Assembly: GCA_964016885.1 (NCBI GenBank)
Contig: OZ024752.1
Coordinates: 3,348,001-3,412,000, forward strand
Reading direction: 5' to 3'
From: Eledone cirrhosa
Lineage: Eukaryota
Length of the DNA: 64,000 nt
Part shown: one piece after another, positions 36,073 to 50,760 of the stretch
Numbering within the stretch: position 1 is the first letter of the stretch
Layout of the letters: each line of letters begins with the position of its first letter
Translations under genes and position numbers: made by a program
Notes under the pieces: generated by a model
Told to the model about the DNA's origin: nothing
Database searches by the model: none
What the model saw: only the letters and a program-made list of their open reading frames with translations

Positions 36073-36272
36073 TGTTTCTATTATAGGCACAAGGCCAGCA
36101 ATTTGAAATGAAGGGGAAAGTCGATTAAATTGACCCCAGTTCGTGACTGGTACTTTATTATATCGACCCCGAAAGGGAAAGCTAATCATTGTCGGATTTG
36201 CACTAAGAAAATAAAGGGACGTAACTCTATGCCTCACAGCATGTTGTCCGACGCTCTACCGATACTGCCAGG
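36073..36272 (-). mobile_element. octopus-type SINE
   Basis: Reverse complement of ctggcag..tcggtagagcgtcggac...cctttcggggtcgat..aaagtaccagt..ctggggtcaatttaatcgact...ggccttgtgcc; shared with 37428-37537 and 50515-50705. Confidence 0.7.
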
Positions 36273-37130
36273 ATATAATATTAATGATGCTGATGGTGAT
36301 GATGTACATCTCGATGATGTATATTATATTGATGGTTTTCCTCATAATGATGATGATGATATTATCAAGAACATCATCATCATCAATATTATTTTAGCTC
36401 ATAGCAACTGAAAAGCACAAATGTTCTCCAGTCAGTTTATCCACAAAGTCACTTTCATACAATATTTATTTTTACTTTTATTTCTTTTTTATGTCTCGTC
36501 AATCTTTCTTTACATTTTGCTTTCGTTATCAAATTCAGAATAAAGTAAATATTGAAAGTTGTTTGGGTTGGTTGCATGAGTTATCTCGCCTCTTTATACT
36601 TTGTTATAAATAGCCTATATATTATACACGTGAATAAGATAGGAAAGCCGAAACCCCGTGGAGACTGTAGAAAGAAATCAGAAAAAATAGAAACCCCGCG
36701 TGGTATAGGATTTAGAGAATAACCACGCTACTACGCATCGTATCTTATTTTTTTTCCATTGTCTCATTTTATATTTTTATCAGCTCGGGGGTTTGGCACA
36801 ATAGGTGTACTACACTGCCCTGTACATTACCCTTCCTTACAAACACTCAAAAGTAACTTTGTAGTAAACAAGTATCAAATAATTTGCCTGATCCCAAGTG
36901 TTTATCAATAGACAGATATCTTTCCACCCATCTACACTCAGTTTAAACGATTATTGCCAGGGTTGTGGTTATCAACGTTTGGTATGTAAACACGTATGTA
37001 CATATGTACATAGGTAGGTAGTATGATTGTCTGTGTGTCTCACTGTATGTATGTTTGCATTTATAGACGTATCCATGTGTGCACGTATATATATATATAT
37101 ATATAAATATGTATATATGTATATGTATAC

Positions 37131-37166
<36 letters not shown>

Positions 37167-37167
37167 G

Positions 37168-37198
<31 letters not shown>

Positions 37199-37204
<6 letters not shown>

Positions 37205-37375
37205 GTGAGGTTTTTTTTACAAAATGAAAAATAACCGAGGTGTCCTACACGAGTGAAAGTATAAAGAAAAAAAGATGAAATCGAAAATGCAACAGGAGTC
37301 TTATTTTTTTTTTAAATATATATATTTATTTGGTTCCTTTACTGGTTTCGCAGTTCTTCTGCTTTTCAAAAGTAG
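37199..37375 (-). mobile_element. PLE-like 3' fragment with degenerate hammerhead (37337-37372)
   Basis: ctt-TTGAAAA-GCAG-aagaa-CTGC-GAAAC-ca-GTA^aag; two core substitutions; tail ends in (TA)n. Confidence 0.5.
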
Positions 37376-37391
37376 AGTTGAGATGGAGTGG

Positions 37392-37427
37392 CTGTGGTTT
37401 TTCTCACATCTGTGAGAAAAACCACAG
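37392..37427. repeat. perfect 17-bp-arm palindrome
   Basis: CTGTGGTTTTTCTCACA-tc-TGTGAGAAAAACCACAG. Confidence 0.9.
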
Positions 37428-37537
37428 ACCAAATCCTGCCGAGGTTAACTTTGCCTTTCCTCCTTACGGGGTCAATAAAATAAAGTACCAGTAATGCACT
37501 GGGTAATTGCTGGCCTTGTGCCAAAAGTATAAACAGT
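37428..37537 (+). mobile_element. octopus-type SINE 3' part
   Basis: aaatcctgccgaggttaactttgcctttc...ggggtcaataaaataaagtaccagt...ggccttgtgcc; homologous to 36073-36272. Confidence 0.7.
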
Positions 37538-39080
37538 TATTTTGTTCTGCTTCTTCTCCCATTTTATCGTTTTACCCCATCACGCATATCCCATCGTAAT
37601 TCTAAACCAATTGCATTGTACGGCTTTCTAAACACACCCAGTTTTCATTTTCATATTCCACGTTCCCTGAAGCAAACTATGTGGAATATTATATCAAATT
37701 AATTGTGATGCTGTAGATAATCGACAATGGTTATAGGTTTATATATATAACCGTAGTCATTGCGGTAGAAATCTTGAGGAGCTGGATTTCGCAAATCAGG
37801 ACTAATAAAAAATAGCATGTATAGTCTAATAATGGAGCAGACCCTTGCCAAGTAATGTATATACACATGTATAATTATAGAAACTTATTTACTGAAAATA
37901 CAGAGACCCACACATTCAACTGTAAACATATTTGCAATCATACATAGTTCTAGAAACACATACAATTACCGAGCAGATATTGTCAAAATTCCAATGGATG
38001 CTTCTTCTTTTTTTTGGGGGGGAGGGGGGTCAGAGACCGGCTTTATCTCTCTCTCTCTCTCTCTCTCTCTCATTCTCTCTCATTCTCTCTCTATCTCTTT
38101 CTCTTTCTCTCTCTCTCTATTTCCATTAGTGAGAAATTAACGCAAGAAACGCAGACGTACATACATGAATACATGCATACACTCATACAAAGAAATGTCT
38201 ATTCATACATGTATAGATCTACATATCTCCAAAATTAAATTAAGGGCGTCATGTCAGAGAGACATGCGCCATATCCACTGTAGAATATGCTCCAACATTC
38301 CAATGAATAGATCCGAGCATTTTATATCAACTAGAAATTGATTGACATATATATAAATCTAAAATAAACATATGAAACAATCACAGGGAATAATTTGTAA
38401 AAGTGTGTAAGCACACATAGCCAGGTAGGTAACTAATTAAAGTTTAACTAGAACTTTAAAAATAGAAACCTTATAAATTGATTAATCTCCTTGTATATAT
38501 TTCATTAAAGAAATATATTTCACCATTAATCGATCGGTAAACCACAGTAGCCAAATTCCGGATTTTCAACAAGGGAGAAGATCTAACACAGCAAATTCAA
38601 ATCTGCGAATAACTATCAGCACGTGTTGCATTTTTTTAAATACACACATCGTACCAGCTTCATCCCAGTGGCGTGAATAGATATACATACACACAGATGC
38701 ACGCGTCTAAAGTGTAACATAGTGTTTAAAAAAAGAAGAGAGGGAGCATGCAACCAGTCACAAATACTGGTGCTGCTGCTGATTCTAGCACTGCTGCTGG
38801 TTCACTGCTGCTGATGCTAATGTTTATAATATTCCACCGATCATAATGAACATGTCGTCGTTATATATACTTTCGTCAGAGATATTTGCTTCTGTGACAC
38901 TTGCGTATGTAAGTAAATAACATTCATATATATATATTATATATGTGTGTGTGTATCTCTATGTATGTGTGTATGATATATATATATATATATGTATATA
39001 TATGTGTGTGTGTAGCTGTGTGTCTAAATAGAAACACAAATATACCCATGCATAGATATACACACACATATATATATAAT

Positions 39081-39127
<47 letters not shown>

Positions 39128-39253
39128 AAGGGATGGGCACGCATGCATATATGCATATTCTCGTGTAAGGTTGTGCATTTATGTGTGTGCTCATACATAT
39201 TGCGTATGCATTCCACTTTGTGCACAAACCATATTTTCCATTGCAATCGACAG

Positions 39254-39378
39254 ATCTAGTACGGAATATGCATATGAACGAAGACACTGCAAGAAAGCTA
39301 CTTCTGAAAATCTACAAACTGAAGTGGCAGCCATTACAGAATCATAGAACAATATATGATGGTTGTTTGTATCCATGA
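39254..39378 (+). CDS. candidate terminal exon (weakly SAM-helix-like peptide)
   Basis: Acceptor-like atcgacag| then an open frame LVRNMHMNEDTARKLLLKIYKLKWQ...YP*; no upstream partner exon found. Confidence 0.2.
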
Positions 39379-39777
39379 AATGTTTCTATTGCCAATTTGG
39401 AAGAGCAAATATTGAGTGGTACTTATAGATGCTGAAATAGCTGATTAACAAAATCTTACAAACTGCATTTTACAAAGATTCATAATTTCTTTGCTCACAA
39501 TGAGTTTGTGAAGTAATTTAAAACCTAGATTTTCGATTGGATGGTTACTTCATCCGATCAGCAATCTCATTTGTCTGCAAATATTGTGGGAAATAAATCT
39601 TGTTCAACAAAAATGATTCATGTGTTAAAAATAAAAGCAGTTACTTCCTTGACCTCCACACAAGAAACAGTGGAGCATACTCAAACCCTTTATGGAACAT
39701 AGTTACATGGGTATGTTAGTGCATTTTTAAAAGGAAGATGGAAGAAAATATGTTGTATGCATGTTTATATATATATA

Positions 39778-39947
39778 TGAATGAGTCAGGACCCGACGGC
39801 TGAGCTCTTGCTGTTGAAACGCTAAGAACTCAGCCATCGTCATCCCGACTCATTCAGGTAACCATAATCTACTACCCCAAGTAACGAGTACTCTGATGTG
39901 TAAATGTCTAACCAGTTTCTTACTAAATCCATCTTGATTTGAACAAT

Positions 39948-39950
<3 letters not shown>
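39778..39950. mobile_element. PLE-like fold-back element, family G
   Basis: IR gaatgagtcaggacccgacggctgagctctt / aagaactcagccatcgtcatcccgactcattc around GAAAC; homologous to 59601-59810; in (TA)n. Confidence 0.6.
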
Positions 39951-40004
<54 letters not shown>

Positions 40005-41459
40005 TATACATATGCATACACATATATATACCCGCCGCCGCCATATATATATATACAGAAGTTGGTGGCCAAAACAGAACCATTTTAAATGCTAGAAATA
40101 ACAGCCGAAACCGATTCTTCATCGTAAAGAAATAAAGCCGCATTTCATAACAAAGACACAAACAGATTGAAATGAATATATTTGCTCAGTTAAGATGGAA
40201 CTATTGGGAATAATAATCAGCGATAATAAATGTAAATATATTGTAAATATATTGCGCATATATGCCACAGCTTTTGAAACAAGAGCCACACTTAGTTACA
40301 TATAAGATAGCGAAACATAAGTTAATGAAGACTTAGGTGCATTGTGCTAAAAGGACATAACGTATAGTTTTGTCCTTTCATCAGAGATCTTGTTCAGGGC
40401 TATGATAATATGTAAATAAGAAGACTGTGATTAGTTAATGGTATTATTTTACCTTTGCTTATACAGTGATGCACACGAAAATAGATAGGTTAGAGCCAGT
40501 TTATCTATGCTTTGGCACTACCAAATTTTAATGATCTTTCGTTTATCATTCAGCCTCTGACCCTCATATTATTTCGGGAGGAGAAACCGAAACGCTAACT
40601 ATTAGTTAAAACTCAAAAAGCTTTCCAGGATATTATTCAGCCCGGATTTGTAAATACCTTTTCAAATAGAAACGGCAAAATACATTTTGAAATTGTTTAA
40701 TATATAGTCATTAACTAACCCAATCTACGAATACGTAAATCACTAAAGCAAACTAAGTATTCAGCTTTTAACAGTTTGAACGTAACTTCTTGAATTGCTT
40801 CTAAACGATTTGTACTTTTACATTCTCCCAGTATTTCTACTTCATTAAGACAATTTCCATTGCTTCTAAAGCAAGGTTTGTCTAAAGAGGATTTAGCAAA
40901 AGTGAAGCAGAAATAATTCCAAATAAACACGATAATGAAGTTAGTGCAGTTAAACGAACTTATGTCTCTGTTGCAAGGCTGAATAATAAAATGAAATAGT
41001 AGGACTAAATTCTAGCTTTTAATGCAAACCAATTCAATTATATCTCAGTGGCAAATGTTTCAAGCAACAGAAGATGATTAGAAGCAAAACGTATAAAGAG
41101 TGTTTTAAGACAGTTTCAATTACATTAACCGGCCAGTTTAGCTGAGTCCTATTTAGTATAGAGTATAAATAGCTATAAGCTACTAATTATTCTGTGAACA
41201 GAAGATAGTTAAACTTTGAACATTAGAAAATGGATCGGATCGATCCCTCTTATTCTATTGACGGAGAAATAAAAGCAGGTTTGTTACAAACATTGGTTAC
41301 ATTCCAAAGCAAGACTAAAATTAGGTTTTTATACTAAACAAGTTATACCTTCAATATATTTCAAATTATCTAGAGACGGTCGTTAGTGCATTATAAACTA
41401 AATCATGATTTTTCGTATGAAAAAATATAAGCTACTCCTTATTCTGTCAACATACATTT

Positions 41460-41576
41460 TTATCTGATGATTTTCAAGAAGTCTAAATAGATCGATCGAA
41501 TGTTCCTACATATGGAGACAGTGAAACGTTAATAATCGTTTTAGAAATGTTATTTAGACAACAATTTACCCCGCAA

Positions 41577-41580
<4 letters not shown>
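41460..41580 (+). ncRNA. possible degenerate hammerhead with long stem II
   Basis: ttat-CTGATGA-(52 nt, GTCT/AGAC and TAG/CTA pairs)-GAAACGTTA-ataa, followed by a short tail into (AT)n. Confidence 0.35.
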
Positions 41581-41615
<35 letters not shown>

Positions 41616-41625
41616 GTGTGTGTGT

Positions 41626-42258
41626 AGGTAAACATAAATAACAGCAGAATCGGTACACTATATGGAAGGGATATATTAGGTTAATGCTTGATATAGCTGG
41701 AAGAGGGTCTTAACGTTTCGGACGATATTCCTTCATCAGAAGAAATAATGAATAATAAGATAGATTGAGGGGACGGGCGGGTTGGAATTGGAAAAAATGT
41801 CTTCAGATGAAAATAACAGGTCTATTCATGTTGACATCTCTTGCAGAACTGTTTGTGCTGGCGTTTTGTGTATGATTTATTTTTTAGAAAAGTGGATGAT
41901 GGAGCGCGTCTACTTGAAGTGGAAAAAAAAACGTTTTGTAAAATGAGCTATACTTGTGGACTTGCGTAAACCTGTGTGTGTGTGGGTGGGTGGGTGTGTA
42001 TGTGTTATTATACGTCCGTACGAAGCTATGAGTAAAAGTATGTTAATATAAGGGTGTGTATGTGTGTATACAGATCAGTTAAGGGAAAAGTGGAGTGAGC
42101 ATATATAGTGGGCATGTATTAATTGTAAGAGACGATGTTAATGATCAAGAGAAAGCGATAGGAATCTAGGGGTATGATAATGGACGATGTATTAGAGAAA
42201 TTGGGGAGGTGAGTTGAGTCCAAGAAGGGAATAGGACGCAAAGCGGTGAATCAGATAT
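41626..42258 (-). mobile_element. PLE 3' end, family A: ORF C-terminal stub, 3'UTR and hammerhead (41708-41743)
   Basis: Minus strand YLIHRFASYSLLGLNSPPQFL* (42257-42192) fits the GIY-YIG terminal I..F.T..P.GLN pattern; TCTT-CTGATGA-aGGA..TCC-GAAAC-GTT^AAGA. Confidence 0.7.
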
Positions 42259-42264
42259 ATATAT

Positions 42265-42530
42265 GGTGGTGCTCGATAAATATTACCCAGTTACAAGCGT
42301 GAAAATGGCTCGATGTAAAATAACAAGTATAATACAGGGCCGGAATGTAAGTGACAATCAACGAGTGTTTAAACTTTTAAACATTTAATAACTAACGATC
42401 GTTTCAGCTTAGTACAAGGCCGGTATCATCGGAGTTGACAACAAAGGTCAAAAACAAATCTAAGATCAAAACCTTGTCACATGAACATTAGTAGGATACA
42501 TAATGTGGAATGTTAGATACGTGTAAGCAT
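42265..42530 (-). mobile_element. PLE-like 3' fragment, family I, hammerhead at 42390-42436
   Basis: AACT-CcGATGA-(stem II)-GAAAC-GATC-GTT^AGTT; tail ends in tatata. Confidence 0.6.
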
Positions 42531-42557
42531 CAATATTTATATAACTGAGGCGGAAAA

Positions 42558-42820
42558 ACATATGACAAATAGGAGCAGATAAATGCAATAAAAAAAATAA
42601 GAGTTATTAAGAGAAAAAGCATGCATTTCAAATATAAATTACAGACTGGTGCAGGACTATAAGTTCGACTACATAATTTAGTCATAATAACATTTTTTTT
42701 CCAAAATGTCAAAAGGATATGCTGTTGTGTGGAGTAAATAAATAGAACCTTCAAGCTTTCAAAGCAAAAAACAAATTTAAAAAAAAATTATTGCATTTAT
42801 CTGCTCCTATTCCTCATATG
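42558..42820. mobile_element. MITE-like element
   Basis: IR catatgacaaataggagcagataaatgcaataa / ttattgcatttatctgctcctattcctcatatg. Confidence 0.6.
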
Positions 42821-42910
42821 TGATTTTCGTGTGAGGAGTTAACTGTTGTTAAATTCTCTAATAAAATATCATGTACTCTCGATGCATTTTGTAAATATAA
42901 GAGTACAAAG

Positions 42911-42951
<41 letters not shown>

Positions 42952-44709
42952 TTATGTATATGAGGTGTGTTTACACGTATGTGGTTACTCATCTATGTAT
43001 ATGTGTGTGCGTATGACCGTGTGTATGCGCATACTTATTCATATTTAATTTTCTGCTTGTTTTCATTCCTAAACATTATCTTCACCGATGACCTCCTCTC
43101 GTTTATAATCTCTCACGTGATTCTAAATTATTTTGGTTTTAGTGCGAGGAACCATAAATATTCTAAGCATATAAATGAATCTTAAATGTCTCTTTAATAA
43201 ATAATTTGTCTGAGGTTACTTTCAGTTAGGATAATTTCCATAAAATAAACACAAAAAATAACCTCAAAAGAAAATAGACTACTTAGACAGACATCAAAAA
43301 TAATATATAAATAAATATAAAGTGTGACAAATGATACATTCTAAAAGTATTCAGAAGAAACGATAAAGAGAATGAATAGATTTTACTTTGAAAATTTGCT
43401 AGTCCTTCTGACATTTAATATGTATATTGACACAAGTGTAAAATTATACAAGTTAGTACAGGCCAAATGTAATTGATGTATAGGGAAAATAAACACCTGA
43501 TGGCATTCATATTAATATATATTCTGTCTAACTTCAACTTTCTAATGACATTGCTTCAATTTCAGATAGTAGGGGGCATGTGCTCTAAATGTCTCATACA
43601 ATCTCAGATAGCCAATGATATACAAAGGTCATCACCTCGAATTATAAGAAGAGGTATGACATTCTGAGCTAAATGCAAGAGCCATATACACAGGAGTTAA
43701 CATATCGAATACATATATGCATATATATTTAACTATACATACGTGTGTATGATTTGAGTATTGCTAGATGATCGATAATAAGATGAAATAAAATATAACA
43801 AAAGGAAGGGAACAGGGATAGATGTACAGGATAATTTGGGGGAGTATATTCACAATTTTAAATATTATGAAGTATAACAGTTAACGCCAAGGCGAATGGA
43901 ATTTCAGACAAACACTTGTATATATGCCACAGTGAATATCTTTGTCGCTCTGTTCCATGTTGTTTCTGAACAATACACGTATGGTGAAGAGCGTTCTATG
44001 CTTCAACATGCAGCCTTGTTTCTTTTTAGGAATTATATTATTCAATATGACCTATTTAGTGTTGATCATAAGATGAACTACGATATAACTAATACATAAC
44101 CAAAGGCATTACTAATATGACCTGGCTGTCTTTTAATTCAGAAATATAGTGTTTTAAAATTATTATTCACTGCGATCATATAATTTCTCCCAAAGTTAGC
44201 CTTATCTATTGGATATTATGACTGACAGTGGAGTCATTTTTAATTCAATATGTGTCGGACTATGTTATATAATGTGCCCTTTGTTTTATTAAGTTCAGAC
44301 ACGTGTTACGTGCACAGTGACTCTTTGGAGTAACTATATCTGCTGAAGAGTTAAAAACTGCATCAAAATCAATCATTAGATCACAGACATAATAAAATGC
44401 CTTCCTGCATTAACAAACACTTTTTGCAGGTAAATCGACTCCGGTTTATTTTAAAATACAGCATTGGAGGCTATAAATAAATAATGCTTGACGTATATAA
44501 ATCTCTTTACATATTGCTTTATCAATTAAATCACATTCTAAGATCCACCTTTAAACGTCTGTCACATTGTATATTAAACAGATGCATCTTATGAATAGGA
44601 AATTATATACAACACAATTGTGGATAGACAAAGGATATATGTTATTTTCTGTATGCCAGGAGAACAATAGAAAGTGTTTTTAAACTTAAGTCTTTTAACT
44701 TGTTAACAC

Positions 44710-44979
44710 AGCGGCTGACAACGCCCTGACCATCCAGCAGTTCCTGGTTGAGAACATCGCTGTGCTGGAGCAACTTCCCTAATCATCCTTGTGATTTTTA
44801 CCCTTTTCCCTAAGCTCATGGACCATCCGACGGAGACGCGGGGTATCCAGGGATAATCCTTCCGGCAGGATATGGGGTGTGACGGAGAAGGATGGGAAAG
44901 CATGTTAGACTCAAGGCTGAGGGATTGAAATATTTTTTTTTGCGATCCCAGTCCTGTTTCTTTTCTGACAAACACGGTA
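44710..44979 (+). mobile_element. mariner transposase C-terminal relic with 3' TIR
   Basis: NALTIQQFLVENIAVLEQLP*S..PCDF..FPKL matches the mariner YSPDLAPCDF.LFPKLK region; ends ttttctgacaaacacggTA. Confidence 0.75.
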
Positions 44980-45984
44980 TTCACTACTTGAGCTATTAAA
45001 TTATCCACCATGGTGTAACTGTGTTTTTACTTAACTCCACTAACAATGTAATGTAATATATAAAGATGGAATATCATGCAAAATCCCAACCTCTCAAGGT
45101 GATTAATCAATGTTGCCTCTATTTTACATGAAAGCACTTAGATATTAATTGTGGCTTATGGTGTTGTCGACGCGAAGTCACCAATGTCATTTGAACAAAG
45201 TATCTACCCAGTCTAATCGAATGTGTGAAATGGCTGTAAGCGGGTGTTGTAATTTGCTTGAAGAATTGTGTTAGTATATAAATTAGTATGTTATTTGAAG
45301 GTTATAACAATACAAAATAGGTATATAATTTGGAATCACCCACACTGTCGTTATGGAAAAGCCCGTATCACTAATCCTTTCCTAGATTCAGTTTTATTAA
45401 ATTCCTTTCGTCGTTTGAATGGCTGGAGAAATTAGATTAATAATACTCGTCCTTGAGTAAAAATGTGAAGATATAAAATAGTTAAATCACATTTCCATTC
45501 TCTAGATACACAACGTATCATGGAATAAATTTGAAAATATGTATCTCCCTTTATATAAGAAGAAAATGAGTGTTTTCTGTGAAAGTTGGTTGATATTTCT
45601 AACAGGTCAAACACGCGAATAGAGGTCTTCTATTTGGCAAGCTAGCAAACTATTATGCTAATTGTCTGTTTTATACTCTGTATTTCTTTTCATAAACAGT
45701 CTAAATCTGTATGTTTATGCAATGAAAATATCACCGAAGTCTTGCGTACATTTAAGTAGTTTATTATTTTTCAGCGACGCTACACTTCTTTAACAATTAG
45801 AAAGAAAACATCACAATACATAATATATACTGCGTTGCTGAGGGAATATTTCATATTCTAGAAATACATTTTGTAGTATAATTTACATATGTCATTGATT
45901 GTCAAAACTAGTTTGGTATTTTATTGCTTACATTAATAAATAGGCTCTATTCCAAGAACATCACATGCAACAAAATTATCCTGC

Positions 45985-47760
<1,776 letters not shown>

Positions 47761-48072
47761 TAAATATATTTCTGTATATATGTATAAGAGAGAGAAAGAG
47801 AGGAGGGAAATGTGAGGCTAGAGAGAGAGTGAAATATGTGTGTGTGTCTGTGCAACATTCTGTATGTTGCTGTATGTTTATCGGTGTGTCAGTTTGACTG
47901 TTAATGTGCCAAATCGATTCTATGGAATTATTGCATGTTACATTCAAGATTTCTGTGGGCATTATATATTTGAAAAGCTGGTATACACCTGAAATATGAA
48001 TGCATATGCATCATACTGAATGAGCATATGAATCTGTCTGCTTACATATCTATTTGTATGTATGTATGTATG

Positions 48073-48103
<31 letters not shown>

Positions 48104-48214
48104 TATAAGGAAATGCAGACGCAGTTATCTATATATCTATCTATCTATCTATCTATCTATCTAGCTACCTATTAAACTAATAACTAGCTTTAAAATCTAT
48201 ATCCTCCATATGTA

Positions 48215-48257
<43 letters not shown>

Positions 48258-49020
48258 CAATATGTTGGCTCCGTTAATTTATCGGATATATATATATTAT
48301 ATATATATATATATGTGTGTGTGTATACAGAGAGAGAGTGAGAGAGACAGACATAGAGAGAGAGAGAGAGTGAGAGAGACAGACATAGAGAGAGAGAGAG
48401 TGGAATGGATAGATAAACAGATAGATATATTGAATGATTGATTGATACATACATGTATATATGTATTTGTGACAGTATGAAGCGGGATTGAAAGAGAAAG
48501 TACGAAAGCTTGCCTTATGAGTGAAGATCATTTTTCTAAGGATATTTGCTTTCCCTATTTAATATCGCATTTCGAAATGGTGTTTAAATTAAATGAGTTT
48601 ATTCCTCTATTTCATACATGATGATTACTTACATGCATGGATACACATATCATCTGTATTTATGGATGTACGTGACATACAAACATTCATGTAAAATAAC
48701 ATATATTTGAATATATACATATATATATGTGTGTGTGTGAGTGTGTGCCAGCGTATATATATATATATGTGTGTGATGTGTGTGTGTGTGTGTGTGCCTG
48801 CATACATATATATGTGTGTATGTGTGTGCCAGCATATATATATATATATATGTGTGTGTGTGTATGTGTGTGTATAGTACACATACACATCAATATATCA
48901 AAACCCGAATACTGATAGTATTAATTTAAGTGACAAATACTGTATATCTGAAGTACTTTGCAAAAGCCACATCCAATATGTGTGTGTAAATATATATATA
49001 TATACACACATATATATGAC

Positions 49021-49063
<43 letters not shown>

Positions 49064-49173
49064 GAGAGAGAGAGAGGTCATATCTATGTGTGTATATATA
49101 TATATGTGTGTATATATATATATGTGTGTGTATATATATATATATATATATACAAATATATATATATATATAT

Positions 49174-49708
49174 ATAAAATATTAAACAAATAATGAATAA
49201 ACAATTCCTTATATTAAACAAAAAAAGTTCATTATTTAACGATCGTTTCTAGGATATATATGTGTTAGAGTTGGCATGCATATTCAACAGATCTATGTAC
49301 AAAATTATACAAAATTATACAAACTATCAAGATTAAATATACATACCAACACATATATACGCCGTCTTCAGAATTATTTCTGAAGACGGCGTATATATGT
49401 GTTGGTATGTATATTTAATCTTGATAGTTTGTATAATTTTGTATAATTTTGTACATAGATCTGTTGAATATGCATGCCAACTCTAACACATATATATCCT
49501 AGAAACGATCGTTAAATAATGAACTTTTTTTGTTTAATATAAGGAATTGTTTATTCATTATTTGTTTAATATTTTATCTTGACTCTGTATACCGTTTATC
49601 TTTCACCGAAAGTGATTTTTCATTACATCTCTTCTTTCCATGATATCCGGAATACATTGAGTTCTTCATACGGATTGGACACTACCGTAAACTCTTGGTA
49701 GATTTATC

Positions 49709-49712
<4 letters not shown>
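49174..49712. mobile_element. PLE-like fold-back element, family H: perfect 200-bp-arm palindrome plus 3' tail
   Basis: Arms 49174-49373 / 49378-49577, loop TTAT; unique tail 49578-49712; both ends in (TA)n. Confidence 0.8.
49373..49520 (+). ncRNA. type I hammerhead ribozyme with ~115-nt stem II
   Basis: ATTATTT-CTGAAGA-(GG..TATATATGTGTT/AACACATATATA..CC; GGTATGTATATTTAA/TTGAATATGCATGCC)-GAAAC-GATC-GTT^AAATAAT. Confidence 0.72.
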
Positions 49713-49766
<54 letters not shown>

Positions 49767-49767
<1 letters not shown>

Positions 49768-50052
49768 TCAGAGCTGTATGGGAGCCTCCCAAAGGTCACC
49801 TCAAAAGTGACACAGAGGATACTGAGGTTAGCTGGACATGCTCACCGACATCCAGAATTGACATTGCACTCAGTGCTCCATGGGGAGCCCCCACATGGAC
49901 ACACTGGAACAGGAAGACCAAGGTTAACGTATGTTGATGCCCTAAGGACAGACACTGGTCTGTTGGAGACGCAGGACATGGCAGCGATATGAGGGACAGA
50001 GACCGCTGGAGAGAACTCGTCCATGGATCTCGGGAATTTTACCCGCCCTAGA
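49767..50052 (+). mobile_element. RTE-clade LINE 3' fragment (same family as 4124-4765)
   Basis: LRLAGHAHRHPELTLHSVL...GRPRLTYVDALRTDTGL; same 3' end gggaattttacccgcc.aga(ta)n. Confidence 0.9.
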
Positions 50053-50514
50053 TATATATCCATATATAAAACAATACTATTGTCCAGTTCGATGATTAAT
50101 ATTGACGAACTTTTGTATTTGATTATTAGTTCTTTACGCTTTGTTTGGGACAGAGGCATCCCTATATCCAAGAGTGTATTAACATTTCCATGCCTTCATT
50201 ACTATATATTCCCAATTGAAATAGTCATGCTAGTGTCGACTTTGCAGTAGTTGCCGTATTGTAGCATAAAAAAGGTTGGTTCGTGCTGATGACCGTTAAG
50301 AAAGTGTTCAAGCGTTGGATTATGGTAGTAAATCGATTCCCGTATGCCCTAGTTCTGGCTTCTAAAGATTTACCGAGATATCCGTATTCGTAAAAGCACC
50401 TATGTCTTCTATGATTCAACCATTTAGAAATGTTATTTCAGATGTGTAGTAAATACTACCTCAAAAATATCACACGTGCTAAACAAGGGATAAATACATG
50501 AATTCTTCTTATTG

Positions 50515-50760
50515 ACACTATCGGTTGAGCGTCAGACACACCATGCTTTTCAGCATAGAGTTATGGTATAAAGTTCAAATCCCACCGGAGTTAGTTTTGC
50601 CTTCCATCCTTACCGGGTCGGTAAAATAAAGACCCACTGGGTTCGATTTAATAGACATTCGCTCCCAGAAAATTGTTGTCCTTGTGCCTAAGTAGAAACA
50701 AATATTACTACTACTACTACTACTACTATTACTACTACTACTACTATTACTACTATTAGC
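50515..50760 (+). mobile_element. octopus-type SINE with (CTA)n tail
   Basis: tcggttgagcgtcagac...gttcaaatcccaccggag...ttgccttccatcctt...ccttgtgcctaagtagaaac; homologous to 36073-36272. Confidence 0.7.

Noticed and set aside
40715-40930. Minus-strand peptide LEAIQEVTFKLLKAEYLVCFSDLRIRR, faintly mariner C-terminal-like
   Set aside because: No catalytic motif or TIR; similarity too weak
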